A model generated the notes under the pieces. The model did no database searches and was not told the origin of the DNA. It saw nothing but the letters and a program-made list of their open reading frames with translations. Source: Phoronis australis (lineage: Eukaryota > Animalia > Phoronida). Taken from it: a DNA stretch of 64,000 nt. The position numbers and the translations under genes are program-made. Every line of letters begins with the position of its first letter. The stretch's first letter is position 1. This document shows positions 12,701 to 25,918 of this stretch, in pieces. The stretch covers positions 152,866 to 216,865 of the forward strand of contig NMRA01000111.1 in assembly GCA_002633005.1 (NCBI GenBank), in the 5' to 3' direction.

Positions 12701-15700
12701 GACCAGCTTCATAGACTGTCTGCGATCACATGTGGTAACTCGTCACCTGAAGTCCTGCAACAGCTAATGATGCGTGGTCAACAGTATGTGTCTGTTGGAG
12801 TATAAGTTTTTTTAGCTAGATTTTCACAAAATTACTTTTTCTGAAAATTAGTTCTAACATCCTCTTAAATTTATTGGTCTGTTTATACTAATTTCTAGCC
12901 TATTTTAGTTACCACGACATTTTGGTCGGTCATTTCTCTGGCCATTCAAGTGTTACAGTGTTGTTAGAACAAGCATGGGTGTATGGAACACTTATGGTGG
13001 TCACGTTATTGGATTATATTTTAGTTGGTGTACATTGGGTTTGAAGCTAATGCCTACAAAAGGGTAGCTTGGTGTTGTTTGGTGGCTTGCTAGGCTGACC
13101 GGAGACATTGCTGTGTAGTCCCATAGACGAATAAAGATCTGCATATGAAGCTACACAGCAATGTAAGCCTAGCATGTTGTGAGGCGACACCTGGCTGTTC
13201 ATCATTAGGCAATAAGGAACTCATAAGTGCATCGGATCCATGTTCTTGTTCTACGAATTCTCTTAACACCTGAAGATGGCTGGAGAAATGATTGACTGAA
13301 ACATCATGTCTACGAAATAGAGGTTGATGTGAATAGACCAATAGATTTTAGAAACGATGTTAGTACATCACCACCTCAAAGCGGTTGTGGGAAGTTAAAG
13401 CCAGTACTGCTTCAAATTAATTTGATCATCGAGCATTTAGATGTGTGAAAACTTAGTCAAGATGACTTTCCTTCATACTAAAGGGCTGTAGTTACATATT
13501 CAGTTAAAACCACAGCCGAGGGTTATAAAGAGCTTAGTTTCTAAAAAATATCTCTGCACTGGTCATGTGAAAATCAAGGAAATGGTATACTTGTTTCTGA
13601 TTTGCTTGGTTGTTGTGTCACCTTTAGCAATTGAGTCCCCTACAAAATTGAGATGGTCCAATGCTGAAGTCCACGTCTGCTGATGTCCAAACTAGCTGTA
13701 GACTAGACTTCACAGTGTCTGCTATACACAATACCCGTTCATCCAAACACATTAACATTCATGCGTATCACATCCCTGCTGGTATGCTTTCTTTAGTTCT
13801 GAACAATGTTTTCCATGTGGTAACCCAGACCTGAAATAAACTGAACTGGGAAGGTGTCTTGAAGCTGTCTGTGCAGACAATTATTTTTACAACTTTATTA
13901 CAGTTGAAAATTTTTCACCACTGTACAGCACTTGACGGTTTTACTGTCACTAACTCCATATTTTTTTTGTCAAAAACCTTCAAAATGGTTGTCACCTATT
14001 AAGTTATTATTATTATTCTTTTATTGAGGATCTCATAAATCTTCTGTGTTGTCATGTTACGGCTTTTATGATTTATTTATATCTACGTGTGAATTTTTTT
14101 CAATTTCAGACACTTTGCAGCATTTGTGGATGAATGTATTGAAGATAAGAAACATAAAGGGTGAGAGAGTTGTTTTAAAAGAGTTCATGAAATCTAAAAG
14201 TTGTAGTCTTTATTTTCTTATTATTTTGTAAGGGCTGTTCCAGCAAAATCTGTATGGGAGGGGGGGAAGGCACTTTTATTTCGTACCCACCGCCCATATT
14301 TTTCATTTATTTCTCCAACCCATGACACATAATTTTTTAATTATTTTTAATAGGTTAAAATATAAAATCCAACACTTGCAAACAAATTGCCTCCAGGAGG
14401 ACCTGTTAAGAACTTAGATGATTGACAGACAAGAACTAGTTGTCTTGTCCAATATTGTCAAAAATTAAAGTAGCCTGTGAACAATACTTTTGGTAGCCAC
14501 CAGGTGTCTCTGTTCACCATGTGTCTATAATTTCAATGAACATTTTTTCAATTATAAGGATCTATGAATCTCAAACTGTCTCCACAAACCCTTTTATACT
14601 TCTATGTCAAGTGAATATTCGAACTTGTTTATCTTACTCCTCATACTTTTTATTTAAAAATCATCAATTTTCTTATATGTGTTAACACCAGTTTAGTGTT
14701 GCATAACTTTTCAATTCAATAGGACTGCAGACAAGCACTTGGCTCAAATCAAGTTGCCCATGACTTGATTAATGGCTTAGTGAACATATTGCACTCTGTT
14801 CACTGGCAGTATGGGCTTTTTTGTATTGGGATAAGTTGGGATATATGCCAGTCGCATTTTTTGAGTTTTGATTTCTTTGGAGATGTGTTGGCTGAATTAA
14901 CCAACCTGTCAACGTTAACAGATCAAAAAATACCACCCATTTTTAATGCATCACTTCTTACAGGAACGACCACCCATAATTTGAGTTTTTTTCTGAAGAC
15001 CACCACCCATGAATTTTTATTTCTACTGCCGTCCCCCCCCTCCCACACGGATTTTACTGGAACAGCCCTAATTGAAACGGCATTGTTAGTTGTGTTGTAC
15101 ATTAAAAAGCTGACATCAAAAAGCTGTCTTTATATTTTTTACTTAGTTTTCTCAATAATCATAGCCAAGGTGCGAATCAAATGTCTTTTATACAGCATTC
15201 ATTGTTTTCTTTCACCAGCAATTAAAAACTAATAAAAAATGTCAATTTCCTCTGTTATATTCCCTGTCCAGAAATGTATCATTTTGTCTGGCAAATAGTT
15301 CATCACATTTACCAGTAAACTTTTCTTGGTGATGTCATTGTGCCTACCTAAGTTATTACTTAACGATCATTTCTTTTGACAGTCAACAACAGTGCTCCTT
15401 GCAGCCTTTTGCATGTTTTTTTTTCTGTAGTCGTATAGGTTAATGGTTAGAAAATTCTCTTTAGAGCTAAGAAGATTTCCCGGGAACTGATGAACTTTTT
15501 GATCCTGTGCGATTTCCGAAGAAAAGAGGCACCACAGGTTTGTATTACCCATAGCTGATGATACTGTTTGTTTTCCGCTCTTCATGTCTACATTTCAGTT
15601 GATTCGCATTGTCTTTTCTTAGCTCACATTGAATTTCATAGAGCTGTGCAAATAGTTTTGGTGTCTGGTAGTCACCGGAGACAAGACCATGAAACATTAC

Positions 15701-18700
15701 TTTTAAATTTCATTTGAAAATTAACCAATTACATGGCATGAAATTTTATCCATTACTCAGAGCCAGCCATGCAACTGGTTCGTGTTTAGTTGAATTGCCA
15801 CTGTGGAATATGATGCCATCTTTTGGTATATAGGTGACATCTGTGTTTGAGTGGCATTGGTTATCTCTGTTATGAGGGTTTTGTCCTCGTTTTGTGTGTA
15901 TGTCCAACATTTATGGGAAAATATCAACTTACATCTAAACTCCACATTGATAATATGAGTGCATGCTCTCACTTTAAGACATTCCAGTTTGATCGATTTT
16001 TTGTTCGTGTGAACTGCAAAGCATTGAGAGACGTCTGTGCTCTCCAACTGCTTTCTGTTTATAAAGCGTGGTGCTGTGACAAGTTGAACATTTTTACATT
16101 GATTGTTTCAGCCGTTTGTCAGCTCTCCAACATATAGTGATCTTGTGGCTGCTCTTCTTTCCTCCTACTTAGATGTTTCCCTGATGGTTTACAGGTATCT
16201 TCGCTGCCACGATGTTGTTAGTAAACTTAAGTTTAAAGTGGTTATAAACCAGTGTTCGGTCAAAGAAGTGGGCTTTTCATTTAGACCTCACATGCCATCA
16301 AGTTGGTTTCAACTTGTTCCTTACTTGAGTGCTTAGAGCTGAGAGTCAGTTTCGTGTCACCATGCTCCTCTCATGTAATGGCCTACAGTGCTAAGCTTAA
16401 CTGTAAAGCTTAATAACAAGTAATAACAAAGTATCAGTTCTTTCAAAGCCCCAGAATGAACTCTAATTTGACTAAGGAACAATTTGAGACCAATTTCATA
16501 TGGATATGTGATCTAAATCCAAAGATGCGATGCAAAGAAGGTTTATAGTCGCTTTAAAGTTGCATTGAGCACTACTTAATGATATCTCAAACCTTATTCA
16601 CACAAATAGTCCGTTTTTACAACATTGCACATATGTCTAGCAAAATGCCTTATCTTCATTCTTGGGGAACTTCAAATGCACTTCAAGTGTACCATGTAGT
16701 GAGAAAAAATGATACAACCACCCTCAACATCGTGGAAATTTGTTTGCTACTTATCCAAGGTCGAAGGTTGTCGCGCTGTCACTCATTTCGAATCTACCGG
16801 CATAAATTTTTAATTTATTTTTGTTTGTGTTGGGGATTGCACTAGTTTTATTGTAGGTAGTTTCTAATCATAACAGTGGCTGGTGAACATGTGTTCAATT
16901 TGGGAAAGCCTGTCTTTGTTCACAAACCACACAAGGAGTCTCATCACCAGTTTTCTTTTCTCATGAATTGCTTTCCTACCAGCTGTGTTGCTTTTTTCAT
17001 GCAAATAATTATTTTATGATGCATAGCAGTTTTTGTTTCACTCTGACTGGAGGTGTAAACTAGAATCTGTTTGGTATCTTTCTCAACTGTTGTTTTTGTG
17101 TTGTAATGAGTTTGAGGAAGAAGACGTTTTGTGAGAAAACATTGCGTGTGCATTTAGTGAGCAAAGAAGGCTGACTTACAGACTCCGAAAGTCCATATTC
17201 GTTATTAATAGCGTGGTATGCTTTTTCTTTTCATTTTGTAGACGTCTAGAGTCTGTTGAAGCTAGTGGGAAACAGTTGGCCCTTGCAGTGACCTACTTGC
17301 TGCGCAGTTGCCCGACCCATGTGCTAGATGTTATTGTTCAAACTGCCAACATCACTGCAGAGGATGCCTCGTTTCTTGGGCCACTGATAAGGTTGTTCAC
17401 CAGTATAAAATGCTAATTAGCCCCAGTTCCATACAAACTTGTTTTTAAAGCTATATTCAGCGCCGCCGTTGTTTAGGATCATGTTTTGAGGTGGAACTAT
17501 TTGTTTTGGTTCTTTAATACCACGAGTTGGTTCCTAACGCTGGGAGAGGAATGGAGTTCAATGAATGCTTCAACAGGAAGATTCATTGCCTCTCACAGTT
17601 TGAAATTTGTGACCTTAGCTTGACCTAATTAGAGGCGCATGGAGCTTAAAGGATCACATAGTGTTTCATTGCTTAGTCTTTTAATACTTTTGCAGAAATT
17701 GCTTGCACTAGTGTGAAACACTGAAGTGTTCTCATATTAAATAAGTTTACATGTTCTGGTATTTGAGTTGCAGTTGTTTGATTCATTGAGCTCAGATACA
17801 ACACATCCAATTTAATGTTCATGTTGTCATAGTATCCTGCCCTCGAAGTAATATCACTATTAAGTGAAATTTCAAATTCAAATTATGGCTTGCTGATGTT
17901 AAAATAAGTTGCACTTAATACTATCAATACCCCTTTTATCTTGAGGCTTGTCCAGATTATTATTGGTAGGTTGACGTCAGCATGCTGATGCAACAAGGAA
18001 TTCAAGTGCCCATTGTCTGCACTCATTTTTGTGAGTGATTGAGTTAGGTGATAATATCAATTATAGTTTATTTAGTCATTTATATGTCCAAAGCTGCCTG
18101 TGTGTTATTTGTTGGTTTAACGCAATTGTCTGTTGACCTGCTACTGATTTTTATGCGCCCACATATTTATATGTGGACGCATTATGCCGTCATCTCCGTC
18201 CGTCAGTCCGTCCGGGCGGCGACCGTCCGGCGTCCGCTGCTTTATCTCCAAAACCCTTTGACATACGTTCATGAAATTTGGCACATATGTTCCATTCATG
18301 AATGGGACGGCATGTACGAACTTTCGGACGGATCCGAGTACCGGTGTGCCCCCTAGTGGCAATTTTAGTTTTTTATGCTTTATATCTTCAAAAGTTTTGA
18401 ACAGATTTTCATGAAATTTGGTATGTAGGCACCTATTAGTGAGATAACGCTATCCTCCTGTTTTCAGATGGATTCAACATAGTTTGCTCCACCTAGTGGC
18501 CATTTTTACTGTTTTCAAGTCTGTATTTTTGCGTCCACCCCTCTATCAACCAAACCGCTCAAAGGATGATTGTGAAAATTGGCATGTATATGCTTACTAT
18601 GTAGAGGACGGTTGACGATGATTTTCCGACAATTTCGACTACTTTGGCACCTCCTAGTGGCAGTTTTGTTTTTTTTGCGCCTATGGCTGTATCTCATAAA

Positions 18701-21700
18701 CCGTTCGCAGGATCTTTACGAAATTGTGTAAGTGTATTTATATGATGTTAACAACGAAAGATGACGACGTTTGGACGGATCCGACTTCCGGTGTGCCCCC
18801 TAGTGGCAATTTTAGTTTTTTACGCTTACCTCTGTATCTTCAGAAGTCCTTAACGGATTTTCATGAAATTTGGTATGCAGGCACCTATTTGTGGGATGAC
18901 GCTATCCTCCCGTTTTCGGATGGATTCGACCTTGTTTGCGACACCCAGTGGCCATTTTTACTGTTTTTGAGTCTGTTTTTTGGCGTCCACCCCTTTATCA
19001 ACCAAACCGCTCTAAGTATGATTGTGAAAATTGGCATTTATGTTCTTACTATAAAGAGGACGGTTGACGGTGAATTTCCCATGACTTTGATTACTGTGGC
19101 GCCTCCTAGTGGCAGTTTTTTTTTGCGCCCATGGCTGTATCTCCCAAACCGTTTGCAGGATCTTTACTAAATTTAGCAAGTGTATTTATGTGATGTTGAC
19201 AACGGACGATGACGACTTTAGGATGATTCTGACTACCGGTATGCCTCTAGTGGCAATTTTAGTATTTTACATTGACCTCTGTATTTTCATAGGTCTTCAG
19301 GTGTATACTTTGTGTTACTTCGTGACTATGAAGGAAAAGTTCCAAGTAGAAATTTGTTTCTGGCATTCTAATGCTGTGCTAATCTCGTATGTTGGCAAAT
19401 TTGTTTTTAATTCTATGTTTCTGTGGTGCTTTAAGCAACTGATGTATAGGATGTGCTTGTATTGTGAAGATCACTCACATTTTGCCCCTAACCTATTGAG
19501 GAGACAATTACCATGCCTTTCCATTTTGCAAAGTACAACATACTACATATATGCCCTCTACTGGCCACTTTATGGTACCAATAAACAACCCTAGAAGGAT
19601 ACCGTTTACGGTGCAATTGTGGGCGCATTTCAACGCTCTGCGTTGCTCTTGTAAATTATGTATTGTTGTAACAGTCCTGTCCTGTTACCATGTGTTTGAT
19701 TAAATCACGTCGGCTTTCTCCTACAGGCATGCTTTTGATCCTCGATTGATTAATCATCCGTCTTGCCCTGTTTATGTCAAGTTTGTAGCAGCAGTGCGGC
19801 ATGTGACGTCTTGTTTACCCATGGAAATCTGTGTACCAGTTAGGAAGGTGTGTATGTAATGATGGCTCACTCTTCTCCACTCTTTCCACTCCACGAGATT
19901 TTATCAACTACCGATCTTTCCATCTGAACGCAGTGACGATAGGACTAGGGGCAACAAGCAAACAATTTTAAAGTCAGTCTTGGCTTGTTTTTAGCAAGGA
20001 AATTCATTATAGTGTTTCCGTACCCTACCAAGGTAGGATAAATTTGCGTATTTTTATTGCTTTTTCTCAGCACTTTCAAATATTAAGTCCAGGTTCTCTT
20101 TGAAGCTTTTGTAACTAAAATTGGAACATTTATTTTAGTAGCAGTTCTCATAATTTGTAACTTTCCTGCTCTTTAGTCATGTTCCGTCTTCTCCTCAGGA
20201 GGCATTAACCACGCCTGCACCAGATAATTTCCTGTCTTGGTTAGTTGAGAAGGATGAGTCAATTCTAGATGAGCTTCCTGTCACCCGACACTTCAGTGGA
20301 GTCGAAGTCACTAGATACTTACTGGAGGAGGCAGAAGAGGAAGTGATGTCAAAAATGGTGGACGTATGTTGTTGCAATTTTGCCACCAATGTACCCTTTT
20401 GATCTTTTTTATCTTATTTTATCGTGTAAATTCTGTAAACTTTTACAAGAGGGTTATATGATATGATATATCGCGAGGCTTTTGAGTGTTGCTCTCGAAC
20501 ACAAAATTGAACAAGAGGCTAAAGTTTCACAAAGGTAAAGGATGTCTCACTTGGCTCATGAAATTGTGTACCCAGGATTGATCCCCCACAAATCGGTGTT
20601 TTCGAAAGCATGCTTCTGGATGTCGCTATAACATGCTGACAGATAATATTGAACTGAAAATATGGTTATTATTTTCACAGAAGTATAGTGTACATTTTTC
20701 CCGTAAATGTGCTCTTTTGTCAAAATGTTAACTTTGCAGTTGTCTTCCTTCTCTGCTGCTTTAAATTTTCAATAATCACATTTTGCATGATTGCATGCAC
20801 CTAGCACAGGTTTTTTGTGTCTGAACACTTTTTGTGCGTGATGTAAGGTCATTAAATACATGTTTAATCTACAAAAATCCTTAGAGTGTCAGTTGTGGGT
20901 AGTGTCTATCATGAGTACACTGTTGCAAGATAATTTAAAGATGCAAGTTTTGATTCTTGTCAGAATAGTTTCAACTGATGATATGGTCCATGCTTAGAAA
21001 ATACTTGGAAAGGAATTGAGAGGAGGGGTTTGTGTGCCTAAACATTTTTCTTTCCATGGCCTTACAGAAATTGGAAGTCATTCATTGTATGTGATTAAAC
21101 AAATGGACGTAGTGTTTATTGGCTTGGGAAATGTGGATATATTTATACAGACCGAATGCCTAAACCTGAAATCTTAAATTACTATTTCACTGAAAATTTC
21201 AATTTGAAGTTGAGCAACCAGATTTTCCGAGTACGTCAGAGTGGAGCAGTAACATTGGGTTCATTTCCCCCCTCCCTGTTATATGTTTATTTTAGCTGTT
21301 GGTACACTACACTGAGGACAGCATAGTAGGTGATGAGACCTCTCAGGTGGAAACTAGTTCAGAACAGAAGTCTGAACATCCAGATGATCTGTTCTTCATT
21401 GATACTTCAGTCAACGCTGATGTTGCTCTTCAGTTTCAGGTACAAAATTTTTATAAACAAAGATACGTGTATTAGGTGGTAGGGCTGCCCCCGTACTTGA
21501 GCAAACTAGTGACAATTTCAGTCAAAATAATAGAATTTTCGAGGAAACCTGTCATTGGCCATCCCAAGTGGTGAAGTCCAAGTACATCAAAACAAAACAA
21601 AGCGATAGATGTAAATGAAGAGGTTTTATGTAGATGGTGTTAGGGCTGTTCAGCAAAATCTGTATGGGAGGGGGGGAAGGCACTTTTATTTCGTACCCAC

Positions 21701-24700
21701 CGCCCATATTTTTCATTTATTTCTCCAACCCATGACCCATAATTTTTTAATTATTTTTAATAGGTTAAAATATAAAATCCAACACTTGCAAACAAATTGC
21801 CTCTAGGAGGACCTGTTAATAACTTAGATGATTGACAGACAAGAACTAGTTGTCTTGTCCAATATTGTCAAAAACTAAAAGTAGCCTGTGAGCAATACTT
21901 TTGGCAGCCACCAGGTGTCTCTGTTCACCATGTGTCTATAATTTCAATGAACATTTTTTCAATTATAAGGATCTATGAATCTCTGACTGTCTCCACGAAC
22001 TCTTTTATACTTCTATGTCAAGTGAATATTGGAACTTGTTTATCTTACTCCTCATACTTTTTATTTAAAAATCATCAATTTTCTTATATGTGTTAACACC
22101 AGTTTAGTGTTGCATAACTTTTCAGTTCAATAGGACTGCAGACAAACAGTTGGCTCAAATCAAGTTACCCGTGACTTGATTAATGGCTTAGTGAACATAT
22201 TGCACTCTGTTCACTGGCAATATGGGCTTTTTTGTATTGGGATAAGTTAGGATATATGCCAATTGCATTTCGTGAGTTTTGACCGCTGAAGTAACCAACC
22301 TGCCAACATTAACAGGTCAAAAAATACCACCCATTTTTAATGCATCACTTCTTACAGGAATGACCACCCATAATTTGAGTTTTTTTCTGAAGACCACCAC
22401 CAATGAATTTTTATTTCTACTGCTGCCCCCCCTCCCCATGCAGATTATGCTGGAACAGCCCTCAGTACTTTTCAATAATTGAATTGAGAGAAATATATTA
22501 TTATTCAAAACCTTATAATCACTAGACCAATGCTTCGACTTCACAAACTGGACAATGCACTTAGACATACCTGAGTGTATATCAAGGCCCCCCCCACCTC
22601 CCACACGGATTTTACTGGAACAGCCCTTAATAGCATGTTGTTGATTGGACGTTTTACCTCAGTCTATAAATGTGGATATATGACCTCTGTAAGTATGGAT
22701 ATATGACCTCTCTATATATGAATGTATGACCTCTCTATATCTGGATGTATGACCTCTCTAAATCTGGATGTATGACCTCCCTTAACTGGGCTCATGCTAA
22801 ACTTTTAAAGGTATTAGCCAAAATGGCTAAAGCATCTGAAAACTTTTAGACATTTTCAAATCTTACTAGCCAACTACTTTTCCCAGCTCCCACGATTGAT
22901 AAAAATACAGTTACACAGACCAAGCTTTTTATTTTTCATGTTATGCACATGTCCTTTTCAGAAGAAAAGATGATTGCATTAAAGAAAAACACAACAAATG
23001 ATTAACATTCCAATGTCATATAGCAAAAACACTGGCAAGTGTTCAACTTCGGCTGTCTGACTGAGACTTACTAAGTTATGATACCACACCAACACTATTT
23101 TCTAATACACCTAAGGGGTGTCAGTGAATAAAACACTAGGTACTGAGGTCACAGCTACACCAAACTCTAGCAAGTGTCCGACTTAAGTTGCTTTCCCATT
23201 AGAGGCGAAACTTTGCTTTTACCAAGGTCTCAGTAAATGGGAAAGATTAACTCTGGTAGTTATAAAATTAGATTAAAATCTGCAGGTGAAATTTTGCTGA
23301 AAATAGTAGTATTTAAAAGCGAAGTTTCTGTACTCAGCATTTCGTTGATGTTGACCTAAAAATTTGGGCAGGGGTTCCGTCCTGTCCCCGGGTTACGACT
23401 GAGGTGCGCCAGCCACATGGGCATTTCATTGATGTTCACCTAATAAAATTGGGCAGGGATTCCATCCTATCCTGGGGTTACGACGGAGGTAAACCAGCTA
23501 CATGGGCATTTTATTGATGTTCACCTAAAAAATTGTGCAGGGATTCCCCCTATACCCGGGTTATGGCAGGGGTCCGCCGGCCATGTGGGCATGTAGTAAA
23601 CAAGACATTAAGGTTCAAAAACATTAACATAATTTTTGGCTTGCAAAATAAAACCCAATTTTGGCTCGTAAAATAAAACACAGTGTAGTGAATATAAAAC
23701 TCATTAGTTAACATATTGACAGTCATTTACTTTACCCTGTTTTCTTTCGGCCATCACCAAAATGCAAACGTGACCCAGTCTCTCAAGAACTTTTTACACT
23801 TGTGGCGCGGTGTGAGCAAGTCCAACAAGATTAGACAATTCGGGGGATAAAACTGATGAGCTGTCTCAAACATGCAATATGAACGCAAGGTTTAAATTTA
23901 TTATTTTCATATTGCATGAATCTTTTCATCTTCATTAGTAAAATATAGCAATTTTTCAGCGCATCATTTGTCGTGTCAATAAGCGCGTCAGTTGTTTGAG
24001 ACTTGACACTGACAGGTTTTTCTTTCAGGGAGTAAAAGAGGTGGGCGACTCCGTGAAGGCCGAATTTGTGGTCTGTTTTTAAATCAAAGTACATCACATG
24101 TCACACCCCGTCAGCTCTCTAAATGTCACGAGTGTAAAAAGTTATCGAGAGACTGGGAGACATTTGCCTCCGAAGTAGTTTTCTATTGGTCGTTTTGACA
24201 TTGTCACTTGCAGCCCCTACACGAGGTCACACTATGAGTGCTGGTTTCTGGAAATAAATTTTTATTGTCAAGTTTCGAAAGCACTTGCCAAGTTGGCAAA
24301 TGGACTTAGTTCTACCATCGCCAGTGCCGCTCAGAATTTGCCAATGGCGAGCGGCTAGCGCAAGTCTAGATAAACATGGATATATGACCTCTCTAAATAT
24401 GGAGGTATGACCTCCTTAAATATGGAGGTATGACCTCAGTCTCTAAATATGGAGGTATGACCTCTCTAAATATGGAGGTATGACCTCAGTCTCTAAATAT
24501 GGAGGTATGACCTCCCTAAATCTACTTGAGCACCAGGGTTTGGGGTCTGAGCTTTGTACTCGAAATCGAACTCAAAATTATTTTTTGGCATTTTCTGGTC
24601 TAATTTTGTGCAAATTCAAGACGAATCTGTGCTTTAGTGTATTATGGTTTATGCATACGAGTTTCTAGTCCCAAGTTTGGACATGATGACAAACTTAAGC

Positions 24701-25918
24701 AAAAATTCAAGATTTCGAGTTCAGACTTGAGCTTTTAGCTGTAATGTTGGGGTCATCAAGTGCAAACCAGATTAGAAAGTTATCATTGTAAATCATTATG
24801 AGCATAGAATAATAGACACTTATCTTGAGTTTGCTCAACAGTAGAATAGAAATTGCAAAAATAATTTCAAATTGATTTCGAGTATTCATGCTTTTCTGGG
24901 GTCAAAAGTGTGTTCGTACTGTTGTGGTATTTCCACTATTGTGTTGACCATGTGATCCCATTTTGTTCTGTAGAATGAACACAAGAAGAACGACAACGAC
25001 GAAGCTATGTTAAGTGATCTTGATGAGTCGCCACCTGGTGAGCAAATTGACAAGCAACTGGAGCTGCCAGTGACTGTTAATGATGAAGAGGGCACGGTGT
25101 CAGTTATTGGTCGTCTTCCTGACGATGTCTGGGACAAGGGCGATGATGGCAAGATTGTTCTGAAGAGTGGTTGTGCAATAACTGTCCCGTTTATGTCAGA
25201 TCCAGGCACGGACAGCGATGTATTCGATTATTTATCGCATGATTTCATAGAAGAAAATGTGTCACATAATGACGGGGAAGTGTTGCTGTCTTCTGCTAGC
25301 AACACAGAAGTTATCAATGAGGTTTGTGATGTCGTGCGGAGCTCAGGAGATGAATGCCTCACAGGCAGTGAAAGACGGAGTGTTTCGATTCCCGATTTAT
25401 CTGTTCATGTGACATCTTCCATTGCACAGAGAAAACGACATAACATTCGAAAACAAAAAAGCACGTCACCGACCGTTCCCCTGACCAGTCGTAAAAGCAA
25501 AAAGTTATCTGTTTTTGACTTTAATTCTGACAGCGATGCTTCCAGTCTGCGGTCTGTACGAAAGTACACAAAAGTTGTCGGAAAGGACTCGACTGTAGTC
25601 AAACAAGTAACGGTAGGTACTGAACCTGACACTGAAGAGGTTCAAAAGACAATAACAAAAGTTAATGAAGGAAAGGGTCCTGGACAGGTCACTTGTACTA
25701 GGTATTCTTTGAGACGCTTTTCAGAAAGTTCACACCAGTCTGATAATGGTGACGTTTCACCCATGAAACGAAAATCTGGTTGGGGAGATCAGCATTCACT
25801 ATCCCAAACCCCCCGTGGCGACAGCATGTCAAGCCCTTCAGGAGAGCTAAAAAAAATGGAAGCATTGACACCGAGAAAACGCTCTTATAATCTCAGGGTG
25901 AGATTGAAAAGAGTGTGA
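3716..25918 (+). CDS. Multi-exon gene, 5'-incomplete, uncharacterised protein (~644 aa visible; probable helical core plus long acidic/basic disordered C-terminus)
   Basis: AG/GT-bounded exons splice in consistent phase with no stops: 3716-3833, 8062-8219, 10067-10140, 12674-12783, 14110-14160, 17242-17391, 20177-20363, 21296-21439, 24974-25918 (last exon contains the 303-aa ORF ending ...PRKRSYNLRVRLKRV*). Upstream exons not identified. Family not recognised. Confidence 0.75.
4154..5921. mobile_element. hAT-like non-autonomous element with 6-bp TSD
   Basis: Termini CATGGATATAC / GTATATCCCTG, flanks GGAAGT / GGAAGG, subterminal CTCGCC repeats at both ends. Excision rejoins the host THAP stub in frame. 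Confidence 0.65.
4344..5462. mobile_element. Tc1/mariner-pogo-like non-autonomous element
   Basis: TA + CCGTATTCACCCTAATAAGCGCCC on the left; degenerate inverse GGGCGCTTATTAGGACGAAT at 5439 followed by TA; repeated GGGCGCTTAT subterminal motifs. Confidence 0.55.
8630..9707 (+). mobile_element. Helentron-associated non-autonomous element (HINE/DINE-1-like), copy 1
   Basis: T-run, subTIR ATGCGCCCACA with a nearby short inverted copy, (GTCC)n microsatellite, ~150-bp central repeats with CTAGTGGC cores, 3' subTIR TGTGGGCGCAT, and a CAACGC-TCT-GCGTTG hairpin. Confidence 0.8.
10733..12415 (+). mobile_element. Non-autonomous Kolobok-type element with THAP remnant
   Basis: Perfect TTAA on both sides (10729-32, 12416-19); 17-bp TIR AGGAGAATGCCATCCAA / TTGGGTGGCATACTCCT (15/17). 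Decayed THAP at ~10897-11110 (RCIVSACPNY...ISFFRLPREPE..., frameshift, LRVCGRHF). Confidence 0.8.
14232..15068 (+). mobile_element. PIF/Harbinger-type MITE, copy 1
   Basis: TIR GGGCTGTTCCAG(C/T)AAAATC, 3-bp TSD TAA on both sides. Confidence 0.85.
18148..19652 (+). mobile_element. HINE/DINE-1-like element, copy 2 (longer central array)
   Basis: Near-identical 5' and 3' modules to copy 1, with ~450 bp of additional central repeats. Confidence 0.8.
21643..22626 (+). mobile_element. PIF/Harbinger-type MITE, copy 2, with a doubled right terminus
   Basis: Highly similar to 14232-15068; TSD TTA (21640-42, 22627-29); an extra internal ...TGGAACAGCCC end at 22461. Confidence 0.8.
23337..23592. repeat. 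~85-bp tandem repeat x3
   Basis: GCATTTCGTTGATGTTGACCTAAAAATTTGGGCAGGG...GGGTTACGAC...CCACATGG repeated three times with divergence. Confidence 0.8.
23774..24157. mobile_element. MITE with CCCAG termini
   Basis: ~30-bp TIR CCCAGTCTCTC..AACTTTTTACACT / AGTGTAAAAAGTT..GAGAGACTGGG; TSD unclear. Confidence 0.65.

Larger units (their letters stand above)
22655..24521. repeat. 23-27-bp minisatellite (TATGACCTCTCTAAATATGGAGG) split into two blocks (~22655-22786, ~24371-24521) by a ~1.6-kb composite insertion
   Basis: Same unit on both sides; the insert has degenerate termini CTGGGCTCATGCTA / TAGCGCAAGTCTAG. Confidence 0.75.

Noticed and set aside
16196-16270. Possible extra exon YLRCHDVVSKLKFKVV of the unknown gene
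   Set aside because: It has an acceptor but no convincing phase-compatible donor, and 14160 splices in frame directly to 17242. Not fully excluded.
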